A stretch of DNA of 64,000 nt from an uncultured Alphaproteobacteria bacterium (lineage in GTDB: Bacteria > Pseudomonadota > Alphaproteobacteria > UBA6615), in assembly GCA_943787745.1 (NCBI GenBank), contig CALSNJ010000005.1, positions 108,455-172,454 on the forward strand. Reading direction: 5' to 3'. Of the stretch, positions 28,725 to 38,459 are shown in pieces. Under the pieces are notes generated by a model. It did not search any database. It was not told the origin of the DNA and was given only the letters and a program-made list of their open reading frames with translations. The position numbers and the translations under genes are program-made. Numbering within the stretch: position 1 is the stretch's first letter; each line of letters starts with the position of its first letter.

Positions 28725-30779
28725 GTGATGAAAAACCTTTGGTCCGATAAAGAGGCTCGTGCCTATGTCCGCCGCTACGCCCGTGATGGGGTGAACCGCG
28801 ATGTGGCACTTCGTGTGTACACGACGCGTTTGCTCGGCGGTGATCCCCAACTCGTTCTGCATGGTGGCGGCAACACGTCGGTGAAGACCGTGGCAACAGA
28901 CCTGACCGGTGAAAAGCTCGACGTTCTCTGCGTCAAAGGCAGTGGCTGGGATATGGGCGATATTGAACCCGCCGGCCTGCCCGCCGTGCAGATCGCACCT
29001 TTGCGAAATCTGGACGCGCTCGACCGGCTTGGCGATGAGGATATGGTCAATGCCCAGCGACGCAATTTGCTGGATTCCAAAGCACCCAATCCGTCTGTCG
29101 AGACCCTGTTGCATGCTTTCCTGCCGCATAAATTCGTAGACCACACCCATTCGACAGCGGTTCTGGCGCTCACCGACCAGCCCGATGGTGCGAAAGTCTG
29201 CCGTGAAGTCTATGGCGATCGCGTCGCACTGGTGCCTTACATCATGCCTGGGTTTGCGCTTGCCAAATCCTGCGCGGAAATTCAGCGAAAACACCCGAAT
29301 GTTGAAGGGCTGATCCTGCTTAAGCATGGCATCTTTAGCTTCGGGGAATCGGCTGAGGAAGCCTATGGGCGGATGATCGATCTGGTTAGCCTTGCCGAAC
29401 AGCGGCTTCGTCAGGATCGTAAGAACCCGGTCTTTGCACCTGCAAAGAAAGTAACTGATCGTCCGGCCCGTGTTGCCGAAATCGCGCCACGTCTGCGCGG
29501 TATGTTGTCCCTCGGTGCCGCTGAAAGCCCAACACGGTTTGTCATGACCTTTCGGACAAGTCCGGCAATCCGTCGCTTTGTTGATGGAGCCGAGATTGGA
29601 CGCTACAGCCAGCAAGGCACAGTGACGCCCGATCACGCGATCCGTATCAAGCCCAGGCCCGTGGTCTTGCCGCGCCCGTCCGCGAACGACCCGGATGCGT
29701 TTTTCAAGTCGGCCAAGTTGGCGATTGAAAGCTATAAAGATGCCTACCGGGCATACTTTGTTCGAAACAACACGGACAAGGCGAACCCCAAGACGCAACT
29801 CGATCCCGTCCCGCGGGTTTTACTGCTGCCGGGGCTGGGTTTCTTTGCCGTGGGAAATTCGGCCAAGGCTGCGGATGTTGCTGCCGACGTCTATGAGAAC
29901 AATATTGAAGTCATCACCAACGCCGAAGCCATTGGCCGGTTCCGGTCGATCACCGATCCGGAACTGTTCGAGATCGAATACTGGTCACTCGAGCAGGCCA
30001 AGCTGGGGAGTGCGAAAGAGGCTGCGCTGGCCCGTCAGGTTGTCGCGATTACAGGTGCGGGTGGCGCAATCGGTCAGGCGACTGCGAGAGCTTTCCGTGC
30101 GGCGGGGGCCGAGGTCGCTCTGCTGGATATTGATGCGCGCATGACCACCACGCTGGCCGATGAACTGGGTGGTCTGGCTGTGTCTTGCGACGTTACCGAT
30201 GACAATTCTGTGGCCAGTGCCTTCGATGCTATCGCAACACGGTACGGTGGTGTCGATATTCTGGTCTCGAATGCGGGTGCCGCATGGCAAGGCAAGATCG
30301 GCGAGGTTGATGACAAGGTCCTGCGCGATAGTTTTGAGTTGAATTTCTTCGCGCATCAGCGTGTGGCCAAGGCTGCCGTGGCAATCATGCGCGAACAGGC
30401 AACCGGCGGTGCGTTGTTGTTCAACACATCCAAACAGGCAATCAATCCGGGCAAGGACTTCGGTCCTTATGGTCTGCCCAAGGCTGCAACGCTCTTCCTG
30501 TCACGTCAGTATGCGCTTGATTATGGCGCGGATGGCATCCGCTCCAATGCGGTCAATGCGGATCGCATTCGCAGCGGGTTGTTGACCGAGGACATGGTCA
30601 AAACACGCTCCAAGGCCCGCGGGCTGAGTGAGCAAGATTATATGGCCGGCAATTTGCTCGGCCGTGAAGTGCTGGCCGAAGATGTCGCGCGCGCCTTTGT
30701 CGATTTGGCGATGGCTGAGAAGACAACGGCGGCGGTGCTCACCGTTGATGGCGGCAATATCGAAGCCGCGCTGCGTTAG
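28725..30779 (+). CDS. Bifunctional class II aldolase / short-chain dehydrogenase (rhamnulose-1-phosphate aldolase/alcohol dehydrogenase-like)
   Basis: 684 aa. N-terminal class-II aldolase/adducin-like domain. C-terminal SDR with VVAITGAGGAIGQATARAFRAAGAEVALLDID Rossmann motif. Confidence 0.8.
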   Translation: MMKNLWSDKEARAYVRRYARDGVNRDVALRVYTTRLLGGDPQLVLHGGGNTSVKTVATDLTGEKLDVLCVKGSGWDMGDIEPAGLPAVQIAPLRNLDALDRLGDEDMVNAQRRNLLDSKAPNPSVETLLHAFLPHKFVDHTHSTAVLALTDQPDGAKVCREVYGDRVALVPYIMPGFALAKSCAEIQRKHPNVEGLILLKHGIFSFGESAEEAYGRMIDLVSLAEQRLRQDRKNPVFAPAKKVTDRPARVAEIAPRLRGMLSLGAAESPTRFVMTFRTSPAIRRFVDGAEIGRYSQQGTVTPDHAIRIKPRPVVLPRPSANDPDAFFKSAKLAIESYKDAYRAYFVRNNTDKANPKTQLDPVPRVLLLPGLGFFAVGNSAKAADVAADVYENNIEVITNAEAIGRFRSITDPELFEIEYWSLEQAKLGSAKEAALARQVVAITGAGGAIGQATARAFRAAGAEVALLDIDARMTTTLADELGGLAVSCDVTDDNSVASAFDAIATRYGGVDILVSNAGAAWQGKIGEVDDKVLRDSFELNFFAHQRVAKAAVAIMREQATGGALLFNTSKQAINPGKDFGPYGLPKAATLFLSRQYALDYGADGIRSNAVNADRIRSGLLTEDMVKTRSKARGLSEQDYMAGNLLGREVLAEDVARAFVDLAMAEKTTAAVLTVDGGNIEAALR

Positions 30780-30783
30780 TTGC

Positions 30784-31722
30784 TCAATTGTCGATTTGTG
30801 TAACGACTTTGCGGAGCTTCGCAAGGTCACTGGCACTGGCATCTTTGCCGAACATCGCTTCCAGGATGGCAATGCTGCGTTCGGTTGTATAGGGGCGCGC
30901 GTCTGACAGGGTCAGGCGTGATGCTTTGCGTTGGGGCACGGCTGCGGCGAGGAATCGGGATTTCGAAGCCGCACCAAGAAGGTCCCAGATCACGGCGTCG
31001 TCGGGGAATAGTGTCGCTGACCCGGCAGCGCCGAGATCGGCTTCATTCGGACCGAGTGCACGAACGACAGCACTCTTGGGTGGCAGCAACGCAAGCTGGC
31101 GATCATATTCGGCAGGTTGATCCAGATGGCGGATTTCCAGTCGCTCTTCTGGCAGGTCGACGGTCAAGCGTTGTCGTGCAACGTTTAAGCTCGCAGCATC
31201 AGTGCTTGCGATTGTGACCTTTGTCGGTTTGGCATTGGTCATGTGGCGGGAAAGTGCCGCGGCGAGCGCCCGTGCATCCGGTCCCGCCCCGAATATCAGG
31301 GTCTCGGTCGTTTCTGTGGGGAGCGTTTTGTCGGCTGCTCGCGTGGCGGCTGTCAACCTTGGGGCCTTTGCGTACAATTCTCCGGGCGACCGCGCAATCA
31401 CGCCAACTTCGCCCAAAATTTCACAGTTTTGATCTACGACGTCGAAATGCGTATTGGCATCACCATGGAATTCTGACGCGTGCCCGACCACGAAGGCGCC
31501 GCGGGCGTTGTAGGCATCCTGCAGGAATTCAAAGATTTGTTCGCGTTCCCGCTGGCTGGTGGTCGGGCCCAGCAAGATTGTATCGACCGCGCATAGGTCT
31601 GCGCGAAGGGCACCCAGACCCTTTTCGATCAGCGTGTGCAGTTTGGTATCGATCGTCTGTTCAGTGATGACGTAGACGGTCGGGACTTCTGGCGATGGCG
31701 GGAGTGTGATCACGCCTGTCAT
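30784..31722 (-). CDS. Hypothetical Rossmann-fold protein, possibly ornithine cyclodeaminase/mu-crystallin family
   Basis: Mid-protein LIFGAGPDARALAAAL dinucleotide-binding motif preceded by LTAATRAA, which resembles the OCD RTAA motif. Assignment is tentative. Confidence 0.35.
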   Translation of the reverse strand: MTGVITLPPSPEVPTVYVITEQTIDTKLHTLIEKGLGALRADLCAVDTILLGPTTSQREREQIFEFLQDAYNARGAFVVGHASEFHGDANTHFDVVDQNCEILGEVGVIARSPGELYAKAPRLTAATRAADKTLPTETTETLIFGAGPDARALAAALSRHMTNAKPTKVTIASTDAASLNVARQRLTVDLPEERLEIRHLDQPAEYDRQLALLPPKSAVVRALGPNEADLGAAGSATLFPDDAVIWDLLGAASKSRFLAAAVPQRKASRLTLSDARPYTTERSIAILEAMFGKDASASDLAKLRKVVTQIDN

Positions 31723-31840
31723 CCTTTATATTTGCTGGGAACCTGAGTGCGATTCTACCACATTTTGTCACGTTGCGTGACGATCATGCGGAAGAAGCGT
31801 TTATCATGTACCACCGGGCGATCAATATGGGGAACAGGTG

Positions 31841-32833
31841 ATGAAGCACGTGCAATTTGGCACCTATGGTGGTCCGGAAGTTCTGGACGTTGTCGAAGGT
31901 CCCATACCAGAGCCCGGACCGGGTCAAATTTGCATCCGTGCTGAAGCCATCGGTGTCGGTATCCCGGATATCCTTATGCGAACCGGCAACTACGCCTGGA
32001 TACCACCTTTGCCCGTGGTTCCCGGGAATGAGCTTGCGGGCACCGTTTCCGCTGTTGGTGAAGGCGTGACAACTCTCTTGGTCGGCCAGCGGGTCTATGT
32101 AAACGCGCGCGAGCTCTCGCAACGCGGTGGCTGTTATGCCCAGTATATGGTCGTGCCCGCAGAGGCCGTATTTGCGTTGCCGGATTCACTCAAGGCCGAA
32201 CATGCTGTTGCTCTGGGCAACTACCAACTCGCCTGGCTCTTGCTGAATATCGCTGCAACACCGAAGTCGGGCGACGATATTCTAGTGCATGCCGCTGCGG
32301 GCGGGGTCGGGAGCGCGCTGGTCCAAATGGCCTGTGCAAAAGGGTTGAATGTTTCCGGTGTGGCGGGTTCAGAAGAGAAGGCACACTACGTCGCTGAACT
32401 GGGCGCAGACACTGTGATCGACCGCAGCAGGGACTCGATATCTGAACGCCTGATGCAGCGAACTGACGGGACTGGCGCGAACTATATCTACGATGCTGTT
32501 GGCGGCGAAGACTTTGCCGAGAATTTCGAGCGGCTTGCTCCCCTGGGCACGCTGGTGATGTTTGGCCATATCGCGGGCTGGCCTGATCCGGCGATCCTGG
32601 ATCCGATGCGCGAACGGTTCGGCGCGTCATTGGGGTTTCGGCTATTCTCGATCCATGTCCTTGATGACATGCCTGATATCCGTCGCCATGCCATGGAAGA
32701 GGCGATCAAGGTCATGGCTTCGGGCGCAGCCTTGCCGCGAATTCATACGCGAATGCCGCTTGCAAAAGCAGCGGACGCACACCGGCTTCTCGAAAGTGGC
32801 GATGTGATCGGAAAGGTGGTCCTGACGACCTGA
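31841..32833 (+). CDS. Quinone oxidoreductase / Zn-dependent alcohol dehydrogenase family protein (MDR)
   Basis: MKHVQFGTYGGPEVLDVVEGPIPEPGPGQICIRAEAIGVG...LVHAAAGGVGSALVQ. Confidence 0.75.
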   Translation: MKHVQFGTYGGPEVLDVVEGPIPEPGPGQICIRAEAIGVGIPDILMRTGNYAWIPPLPVVPGNELAGTVSAVGEGVTTLLVGQRVYVNARELSQRGGCYAQYMVVPAEAVFALPDSLKAEHAVALGNYQLAWLLLNIAATPKSGDDILVHAAAGGVGSALVQMACAKGLNVSGVAGSEEKAHYVAELGADTVIDRSRDSISERLMQRTDGTGANYIYDAVGGEDFAENFERLAPLGTLVMFGHIAGWPDPAILDPMRERFGASLGFRLFSIHVLDDMPDIRRHAMEEAIKVMASGAALPRIHTRMPLAKAADAHRLLESGDVIGKVVLTT

Positions 32834-32843
32834 TCTGATCTCG

Positions 32844-32871
32844 ATAAGAAAGTGTTATATCATTTTCTTAT
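32844..32871. promoter_or_regulatory. LysR-type T-N11-A box: ATAAGAAA-N12-TTTCTTAT
   Basis: 8-bp inverted repeat in the AT-rich region 21 nt upstream of the lysR start codon. Confidence 0.4.
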
Positions 32872-32891
32872 ATGGAGGCAGACTGCGTTAG

Positions 32892-33803
32892 ATGGAGTCA
32901 CGTCAGCTCAGATATTTTTGCGAGATTGCGGAAGCGGGCAGTTTTACTGCGGCAGCCGCGCGTCTGCGCGTTGCCCAACCTGCCCTCAGTCGGCAAATCG
33001 CTTCGCTTGAACGAGATCTGGGCGCTCCCGTCTTTCTAAGGGGCCCGGGCGGCATCAAGCTGACGTCCCACGGTGAGATATTGTTGCGTCATGCTGATGC
33101 GATGCGCGTACACGCTGCGCGCGCGCGGGAGGAAATCTCGGCGTCGCTGGGCCAGACACCCGGCTGGATATCATTTGGGACGGCACCTGCATTGGGACGT
33201 CTGATTTTTGGTCCGGTGGCCGAAGTCATGGCTGCCCGATATCCCGAGTTGTGTATAAGTTTCGTTGAAGGGGTTGGGGCCAGCCTGCTGAACGGCTTGA
33301 GTGACGGGACACTCGATCTTGCGCTCACCTCGCGTTCTGCCTATGCACCGGGGGTTGCGTTCAAAAAGCTTTTTTCTGAGCCGGTCTATCTGGTGGCTGC
33401 GCCGGGGCAGGAGATGCCGACCAGCGTTTCTGGTTGGGAAGACCTTCGCGGTATGCCTCTCGTCGTCACCAATCAGCAAACCACTGTCGCCTCCTGGGTG
33501 GAGGAATTGTCGGGCCGTACGCAGTCTGCGCTTGATTTCAGGTACCGGGTGGAAAGTTCGCAAGCCGCAATCGATATCATGCGTCGCGGGCTTGCCTATG
33601 CCGTGTTGCCGCAATCCACGATGCAGGATATTCGCGATATCCAGAGTTTTCAGTTGGCCCGACTGACAGAGGTCTCATTGGACCGCAATCTCGCGCAGTC
33701 ACGCGAGCGTGGCAGTGCCCCTCTGATAGATGTGTTGCGCGATGTCGTTGAAGCCGAGGTTCGCAGGCATTTTCACGACGAATCCGGGGCCTGCGGCAGA
33801 TAA
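32892..33803 (+). CDS. LysR family transcriptional regulator
   Basis: MESRQLRYFCEIAEAGSFTAAAARLRVAQPALSRQIASLERDLGAPVF (LTTR wHTH). Confidence 0.85.
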   Translation: MESRQLRYFCEIAEAGSFTAAAARLRVAQPALSRQIASLERDLGAPVFLRGPGGIKLTSHGEILLRHADAMRVHAARAREEISASLGQTPGWISFGTAPALGRLIFGPVAEVMAARYPELCISFVEGVGASLLNGLSDGTLDLALTSRSAYAPGVAFKKLFSEPVYLVAAPGQEMPTSVSGWEDLRGMPLVVTNQQTTVASWVEELSGRTQSALDFRYRVESSQAAIDIMRRGLAYAVLPQSTMQDIRDIQSFQLARLTEVSLDRNLAQSRERGSAPLIDVLRDVVEAEVRRHFHDESGACGR

Positions 33804-33906
33804 AGTATGCTCAAAAGGTATGGCTGCGTGCCCAATCTGTATTATTCGCGGGGTGGTGCGTGACTCTTATTGTGTCGTCCGTTGCTATCCCATCAGGAGT
33901 CAGACT

Positions 33907-34488
33907 ATGAAATCCATCGAAGTGAGCCCTGCCGAAATGGCCGCACGTACGGCACGTTTTTCCGATTTGCGTCCCTACAGTGACCAGCATGACGAGAGCA
34001 CTGGAATCCCGGCCAAGGCTATGGAAAAGCTGACAGCACATCGGGTTTATCCGGTTATGGTGCCGGAGACCTATACCGGGCGTAGCGCAATGGCGCCGGT
34101 CAAGGCTGGCGAGCGTGTGGTGATCGCGATTGCCGAATGTCCGCCGGGTGATGGGCCGGGTCTCCACAACCACGAGATCACAACCGAGACCTTCTTCTGC
34201 CTTGAGGGGACATTCGAGGTGACATGGGGGGATGAAGGCGAACACAAGGTTGTTCTCGAACCGATGGACCTTGTTTCCGTGCCTCAGGGTGTGATGCGGG
34301 CTTTCCGCAACATCTCGGATGTGACCGGTCGTCTCTATGTCACCATCGAACTTGGTGAGCCGGGCAGCAATGACCGCGTTGCCTACCATCCCGAGGTTGC
34401 GAACGAACTGGAAGCCGAGTTCGGCGCCGAAACAGTCGAGACCCTCAAAGAAATCGGGTTCAAGTTCGACGGCGCCAGCAAGTCATAG
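33907..34488 (+). CDS. Cupin domain protein
   Basis: Start taken at MKSIEV with AGGAG RBS. GPGLHNHEITTETFFCLEGTFEV two-motif cupin signature. Confidence 0.65.
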   Translation: MKSIEVSPAEMAARTARFSDLRPYSDQHDESTGIPAKAMEKLTAHRVYPVMVPETYTGRSAMAPVKAGERVVIAIAECPPGDGPGLHNHEITTETFFCLEGTFEVTWGDEGEHKVVLEPMDLVSVPQGVMRAFRNISDVTGRLYVTIELGEPGSNDRVAYHPEVANELEAEFGAETVETLKEIGFKFDGASKS

Positions 34489-34501
34489 CTTTGGTGGTGA
34501 C

Positions 34502-35494
34502 ATGAAAGTTGTACGTTTCCATGAATACGGCGGTCCCGATGTCCTGAAAGTTGAGGATGTCCCAGAGCCGGTACCGGGCCCGGGTGAGGTTCGTATTCGT
34601 GCCGAAGTGATCGGCGTGGGGATTCCTGACGTTCTGGTGCGCACCAACAATGACGCCAAGGATTGGCCGCTTCCCATGATCCCCGGGAATGAGATGGTTG
34701 GAACCATCGATGCTGTTGGATCGGGTGTGTCGCGCTTTCAGATCGGTGACCGGGTGTTTCTGCCGTCCCGTGAAATGCCCCAGCGCGGCGGGTGCTACGT
34801 TGAAGCACGTGTTGTTCCCGAGAGTGCACCATTCTTGGTGCCAGACGGCGTTTCGGCCGAACAGATGGTCGCCCTCCCGAACTTTCAGGTCGCCCGGTTG
34901 CTGCTCGACTATGCCGTTCCTGTCCGTCCGGGACAGACTGTTCTTATCCATGCCGCTGCGGGTGGTGTTGGAAGTGCCCTGGTGCAACTCGCCAAGCTTG
35001 AGGGTCTGACGGTGATTGGCATTGCCGGAGGCGCAGCAAAAGCCGGCTTTGTGTCCGAGCTCGGCGCTGATGCGGTTATTGACCGTCACGTCGAGGATGT
35101 TCAGGCACGTGTGCATGAACTCACGGATGGTCGAGGTGTCGATCGCATCTATGATTCCGTTGCAGGTCCGGAATTCACCCGAAACTTCGGGATGCTTGCC
35201 GATATGGGCACCGTCGTGATGTTTGGCTTTATTGCAGGCAAGCCGGACACTGACCTCTACATGCCGATGGCGGGGGATTTTACGCGAAATCTGGGAATGC
35301 AGACCTTCAGCATTCATTATTTCGACGACAAACCTGATATTCGCCGGGGCACGATGGAAAAGATCATTGAAGATTTCACCCAGGGTAAGATCAGCCCGCG
35401 TATTCATGGGCAGATGAAACTGAACGACGCAGCAGATGCGCACCGTCTTCTCGAATCCGGCGGGGTCATCGGAAAACTTATTCTGGTGCCCTAG
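34502..35494 (+). CDS. Quinone oxidoreductase / Zn-ADH family protein (paralog of 31841..32833)
   Basis: MKVVRFHEYGGPDVLKVEDVPEPVPGPGEVRIRAEVIGVG...LIHAAAGGVGSALVQ. Start at internal ATG 34502. Confidence 0.75.
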   Translation: MKVVRFHEYGGPDVLKVEDVPEPVPGPGEVRIRAEVIGVGIPDVLVRTNNDAKDWPLPMIPGNEMVGTIDAVGSGVSRFQIGDRVFLPSREMPQRGGCYVEARVVPESAPFLVPDGVSAEQMVALPNFQVARLLLDYAVPVRPGQTVLIHAAAGGVGSALVQLAKLEGLTVIGIAGGAAKAGFVSELGADAVIDRHVEDVQARVHELTDGRGVDRIYDSVAGPEFTRNFGMLADMGTVVMFGFIAGKPDTDLYMPMAGDFTRNLGMQTFSIHYFDDKPDIRRGTMEKIIEDFTQGKISPRIHGQMKLNDAADAHRLLESGGVIGKLILVP

Positions 35495-35610
35495 GCGAAT
35501 TCTGTTCCCAACCGGGTCGTTTTTCCGCTTCGTTTCGGTCAAAATCAGAACCCAAGCTGAAGTTCTGGCCCAACCGGTTGCCAGACAACAAAAACAGGAT
35601 TGATAAGACG

Positions 35611-37281
35611 ATGGCTAGAACAGGCGGTCAGGTTCTGATCGACGCGCTGCGTCAGCATGATGTCGATACAGTATTTTGTGTGCCCGGTGAGAGTTACCTC
35701 GCGGCGCTGGATGCGTTGTACGACGTGCGGGAGTCCATTCGGGTGATCACGTGTCGACATGAAAGCGGCGCGACCTATGCGGCGGAGGCTTACGGAAAAC
35801 TCACGGGCAAGCCCGGGATTGCATTCGTGACCCGCGGACCGGGGGCCTGTAATGGCAGTATCGGTGTGCATATGGCGTTTCAGGATTCATCTCCGATGAT
35901 TCTGTTCGTCGGTCAGATCCCCCGGAACTTCAAAGGCCGCGAGGCATTTCAGGAAGTTGATTACAACGCCATGTATGCGCCGCTCGCCAAATGGGTGGTT
36001 GAGGTCGAGGATGCCGCGCGTTTGCCGGAAATCACCGCGCGTGCTTTCGCCACAGCATCAAGCGGGCGGCGTGGACCTGTGGTGGTCTCGTTGCCGGAAG
36101 ATATGCTGGTCGATGAGGTGGATGTCGCCGATGTCGCAGTCGCGAAACTGCCCGCGCCAGAACCTCGCGAGGAAGACCTCAGCGCATTCCGTGACCTTCT
36201 CTCAGCTTCCGCCAGACCGCTTTTGTTGTTCGGTGGTGGCGGTTGGACAGCGGAGTCTGCTGCCGACCTCCAGGCTTTCTGCGAAGCCAATGGCCTGCCC
36301 GCGATGGCAGCATTTCGCTCTCAGGATATTTTTGACAATGATCATCCGAATTTTGTGGGTGAGCTCGGCGTCAACACCAACCCCAAACTTGCCCAACGGG
36401 TGAAAGATGCTGACCTGATTATTTCGATCGGAGCGCGCATGGGGGAGATCGCAACGATGGGCTATACGCTTATCAAGACCCCGAAGCCTGATCAAAAATT
36501 GATCCATGTTTATCCTGATCATTCCGAACTCGGGCGTGTGTTTCAGTCAGATTTGCCGATTGCGTCGGATATCGGAGCATTTTTGGAGCAGGCCCGCCGC
36601 AACATTCAGGTGGACCCGTCGAACTGGGCAAGCGCCCTTGAGGAGAGTCGCAACGAGTATGAAGCGTGGACTCAGCCGGGCGAGTATCCGGGACCACTGA
36701 ATCTCTCAGAAGCTTTCGTGCAAATGCGAGATATCCTGCCCGATGACGCAATTCTTGCAACCGATGCCGGTAATTTTGCGGGTTGGGCCAGCCGGTTCTT
36801 TCGTTTCCGGAAGTTCCGGACCTTGCTGGGCTCAACCAACGGCTCGATGGGTTACGGAATGCCTGCTGCCCTTGCGGCAAAGGCCGCACGTCCGGACCTG
36901 CCGGTGATCTGCTACGCCGGTGACGGTGGGATATTGATGACCGGCAATGAATTGGCAACAGCGGTGCAGCACGATCTGCCGATCGTTCTGATCATTGCAA
37001 ACAACAGCATGTTCGGCACCATCCGCATGCATGAGGAACGGGAATATCCGGGACGGCAGATTGCCACGGAACTTCGCAATCCCGAATTTGTGAAATGGGC
37101 TGAATCCTTTGGTGCACAGGGCGAACGGGTGACAACAACAGAAGAGTTTGGGCCTGCCCTGGAACGGGCCTTGTCGGCCGGGCGTCCCGCCGTTATTGAA
37201 CTCATAGTTGACCAGGAGCTGATCTCCAGCAATATCACCCTCAGTGCGCTTCGAGAGCGTGCGGCGAAGGCGGCCGAGTAG
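35611..37281 (+). CDS. Thiamine pyrophosphate-binding enzyme (acetolactate-synthase-like family)
   Basis: N-terminal TPP-Pyr domain VFCVPGESYLAALDAL...GPGACNG. C-terminal GDGGILMTGNELATA TPP-binding motif. Confidence 0.8.
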   Translation: MARTGGQVLIDALRQHDVDTVFCVPGESYLAALDALYDVRESIRVITCRHESGATYAAEAYGKLTGKPGIAFVTRGPGACNGSIGVHMAFQDSSPMILFVGQIPRNFKGREAFQEVDYNAMYAPLAKWVVEVEDAARLPEITARAFATASSGRRGPVVVSLPEDMLVDEVDVADVAVAKLPAPEPREEDLSAFRDLLSASARPLLLFGGGGWTAESAADLQAFCEANGLPAMAAFRSQDIFDNDHPNFVGELGVNTNPKLAQRVKDADLIISIGARMGEIATMGYTLIKTPKPDQKLIHVYPDHSELGRVFQSDLPIASDIGAFLEQARRNIQVDPSNWASALEESRNEYEAWTQPGEYPGPLNLSEAFVQMRDILPDDAILATDAGNFAGWASRFFRFRKFRTLLGSTNGSMGYGMPAALAAKAARPDLPVICYAGDGGILMTGNELATAVQHDLPIVLIIANNSMFGTIRMHEEREYPGRQIATELRNPEFVKWAESFGAQGERVTTTEEFGPALERALSAGRPAVIELIVDQELISSNITLSALRERAAKAAE

Positions 37282-37287
37282 TTCTTT

Positions 37288-37854
37288 ATGTCCGAGATCA
37301 AGAACCGCGCATTGTTCCTTGACCGGGATGGCGTGATCAATGTCGACAGTGGCTATATCTGGCGGCCTGAGGATTTTATCTTCAATGATGGGGTGTTTGA
37401 GGCCTGCCGGTCGGCAAGCGCGATGGGCTTCATGTTGTTCGTGGTAACCAATCAGGCTGGAATTGGCCGGGGACTATATTCGGAGAGAGACTTTCAGGCG
37501 CTGAACGAGTGGATGCTGGGTCGGTTCCGCGAGGAGAGTATTGAAATCGGGCGCGTGTATTTCGCGCCAACCCATCCCGAGAATGGCATCGGCGTCTACC
37601 GCCGGGAATCACCCGATCGCAAGCCCGGTCCGGGCATGCTTTTTAAGGCGCGTGACGCATTCAATATCGATATGTCCCGATCCGCCATCGTGGGAGACCG
37701 CGAAACCGACATCCTCGCCGGAATCAATGGGGGTGTGGCAACGCGCATACTTGTCGAAGGTGCGGAAGACGACCCTGCGTCCAGCCGTGCTGACACCGTC
37801 GTGGGGTCACTGGTTGAAGCGGTTGCCTGGCTGGCGGCGCGCGAAAACGGCTAG
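37288..37854 (+). CDS. HAD-IIIA family phosphatase (GmhB-like D,D-heptose 1,7-bisphosphate phosphatase family)
   Basis: LFLDRDGVIN (DxDGT/V motif I), VVTNQAGIGRG (motif II), GDRETD (motif IV). 7-nt gap after the TPP-enzyme gene. Confidence 0.75.
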   Translation: MSEIKNRALFLDRDGVINVDSGYIWRPEDFIFNDGVFEACRSASAMGFMLFVVTNQAGIGRGLYSERDFQALNEWMLGRFREESIEIGRVYFAPTHPENGIGVYRRESPDRKPGPGMLFKARDAFNIDMSRSAIVGDRETDILAGINGGVATRILVEGAEDDPASSRADTVVGSLVEAVAWLAARENG

Positions 37855-38459
37855 TTCGTGCCGCCCGACAGGCGCCAGTCGATCATTTCCATCCGGTCCT
37901 GACCATAGAACAACTCACCATCGACCACATATGACGGCACGCTCCAGGCATTGTCAGCCAGAGCTTCGTCGGTGTTTGCGCTGAGTTCGGCGGCAACCAC
38001 ATCAGACCCGGCAGCCGCGACGAGCGTGGCGCCATCCAGACCAAGTCCATCGAGAATTTCGGTGACGTCACGTTCGTCGCCGATGTTGCGTTCCTCGACC
38101 CAGCAGCCGCGCATCAGGGCGCGCGTGACGGCAAACATGTCCTCCCCGGCCTGACCGGCGGCGATGATGACATTGGATGAAAGATAGAACGGCGCGGGAA
38201 AGTGCTTGGGCTCTGCATTGAGTGGAACGCCGCGCCATGCTGCCCAGCGTGGGAGTTCCAGCAGGCGATAGGATTTCATGACGTCGGGGCGTTCCCCCAG
38301 CGGCTTGCCGGAACCGGTTTCTTTCCAGGTGCGACCCACATCGGTTGGTTTGTAGGCAATCGTGCGTCCGTGTTTGTCAGCAATCTCCTTGAGCGCGTCG
38401 AGCCCCAGATAGGACCAGGGGGATACACAGGCAAAATAGAACTTGATCGGATCACTCAT
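37851..38459 (-). CDS. 2-hydroxychromene-2-carboxylate isomerase family protein (DsbA-like thioredoxin fold)
   Basis: MSDPIKFYFACVSPWSYLGL N-terminus typical of HCCA isomerase/DsbA-like. Confidence 0.7.
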   Translation of the reverse strand: MSDPIKFYFACVSPWSYLGLDALKEIADKHGRTIAYKPTDVGRTWKETGSGKPLGERPDVMKSYRLLELPRWAAWRGVPLNAEPKHFPAPFYLSSNVIIAAGQAGEDMFAVTRALMRGCWVEERNIGDERDVTEILDGLGLDGATLVAAAGSDVVAAELSANTDEALADNAWSVPSYVVDGELFYGQDRMEMIDWRLSGGTN

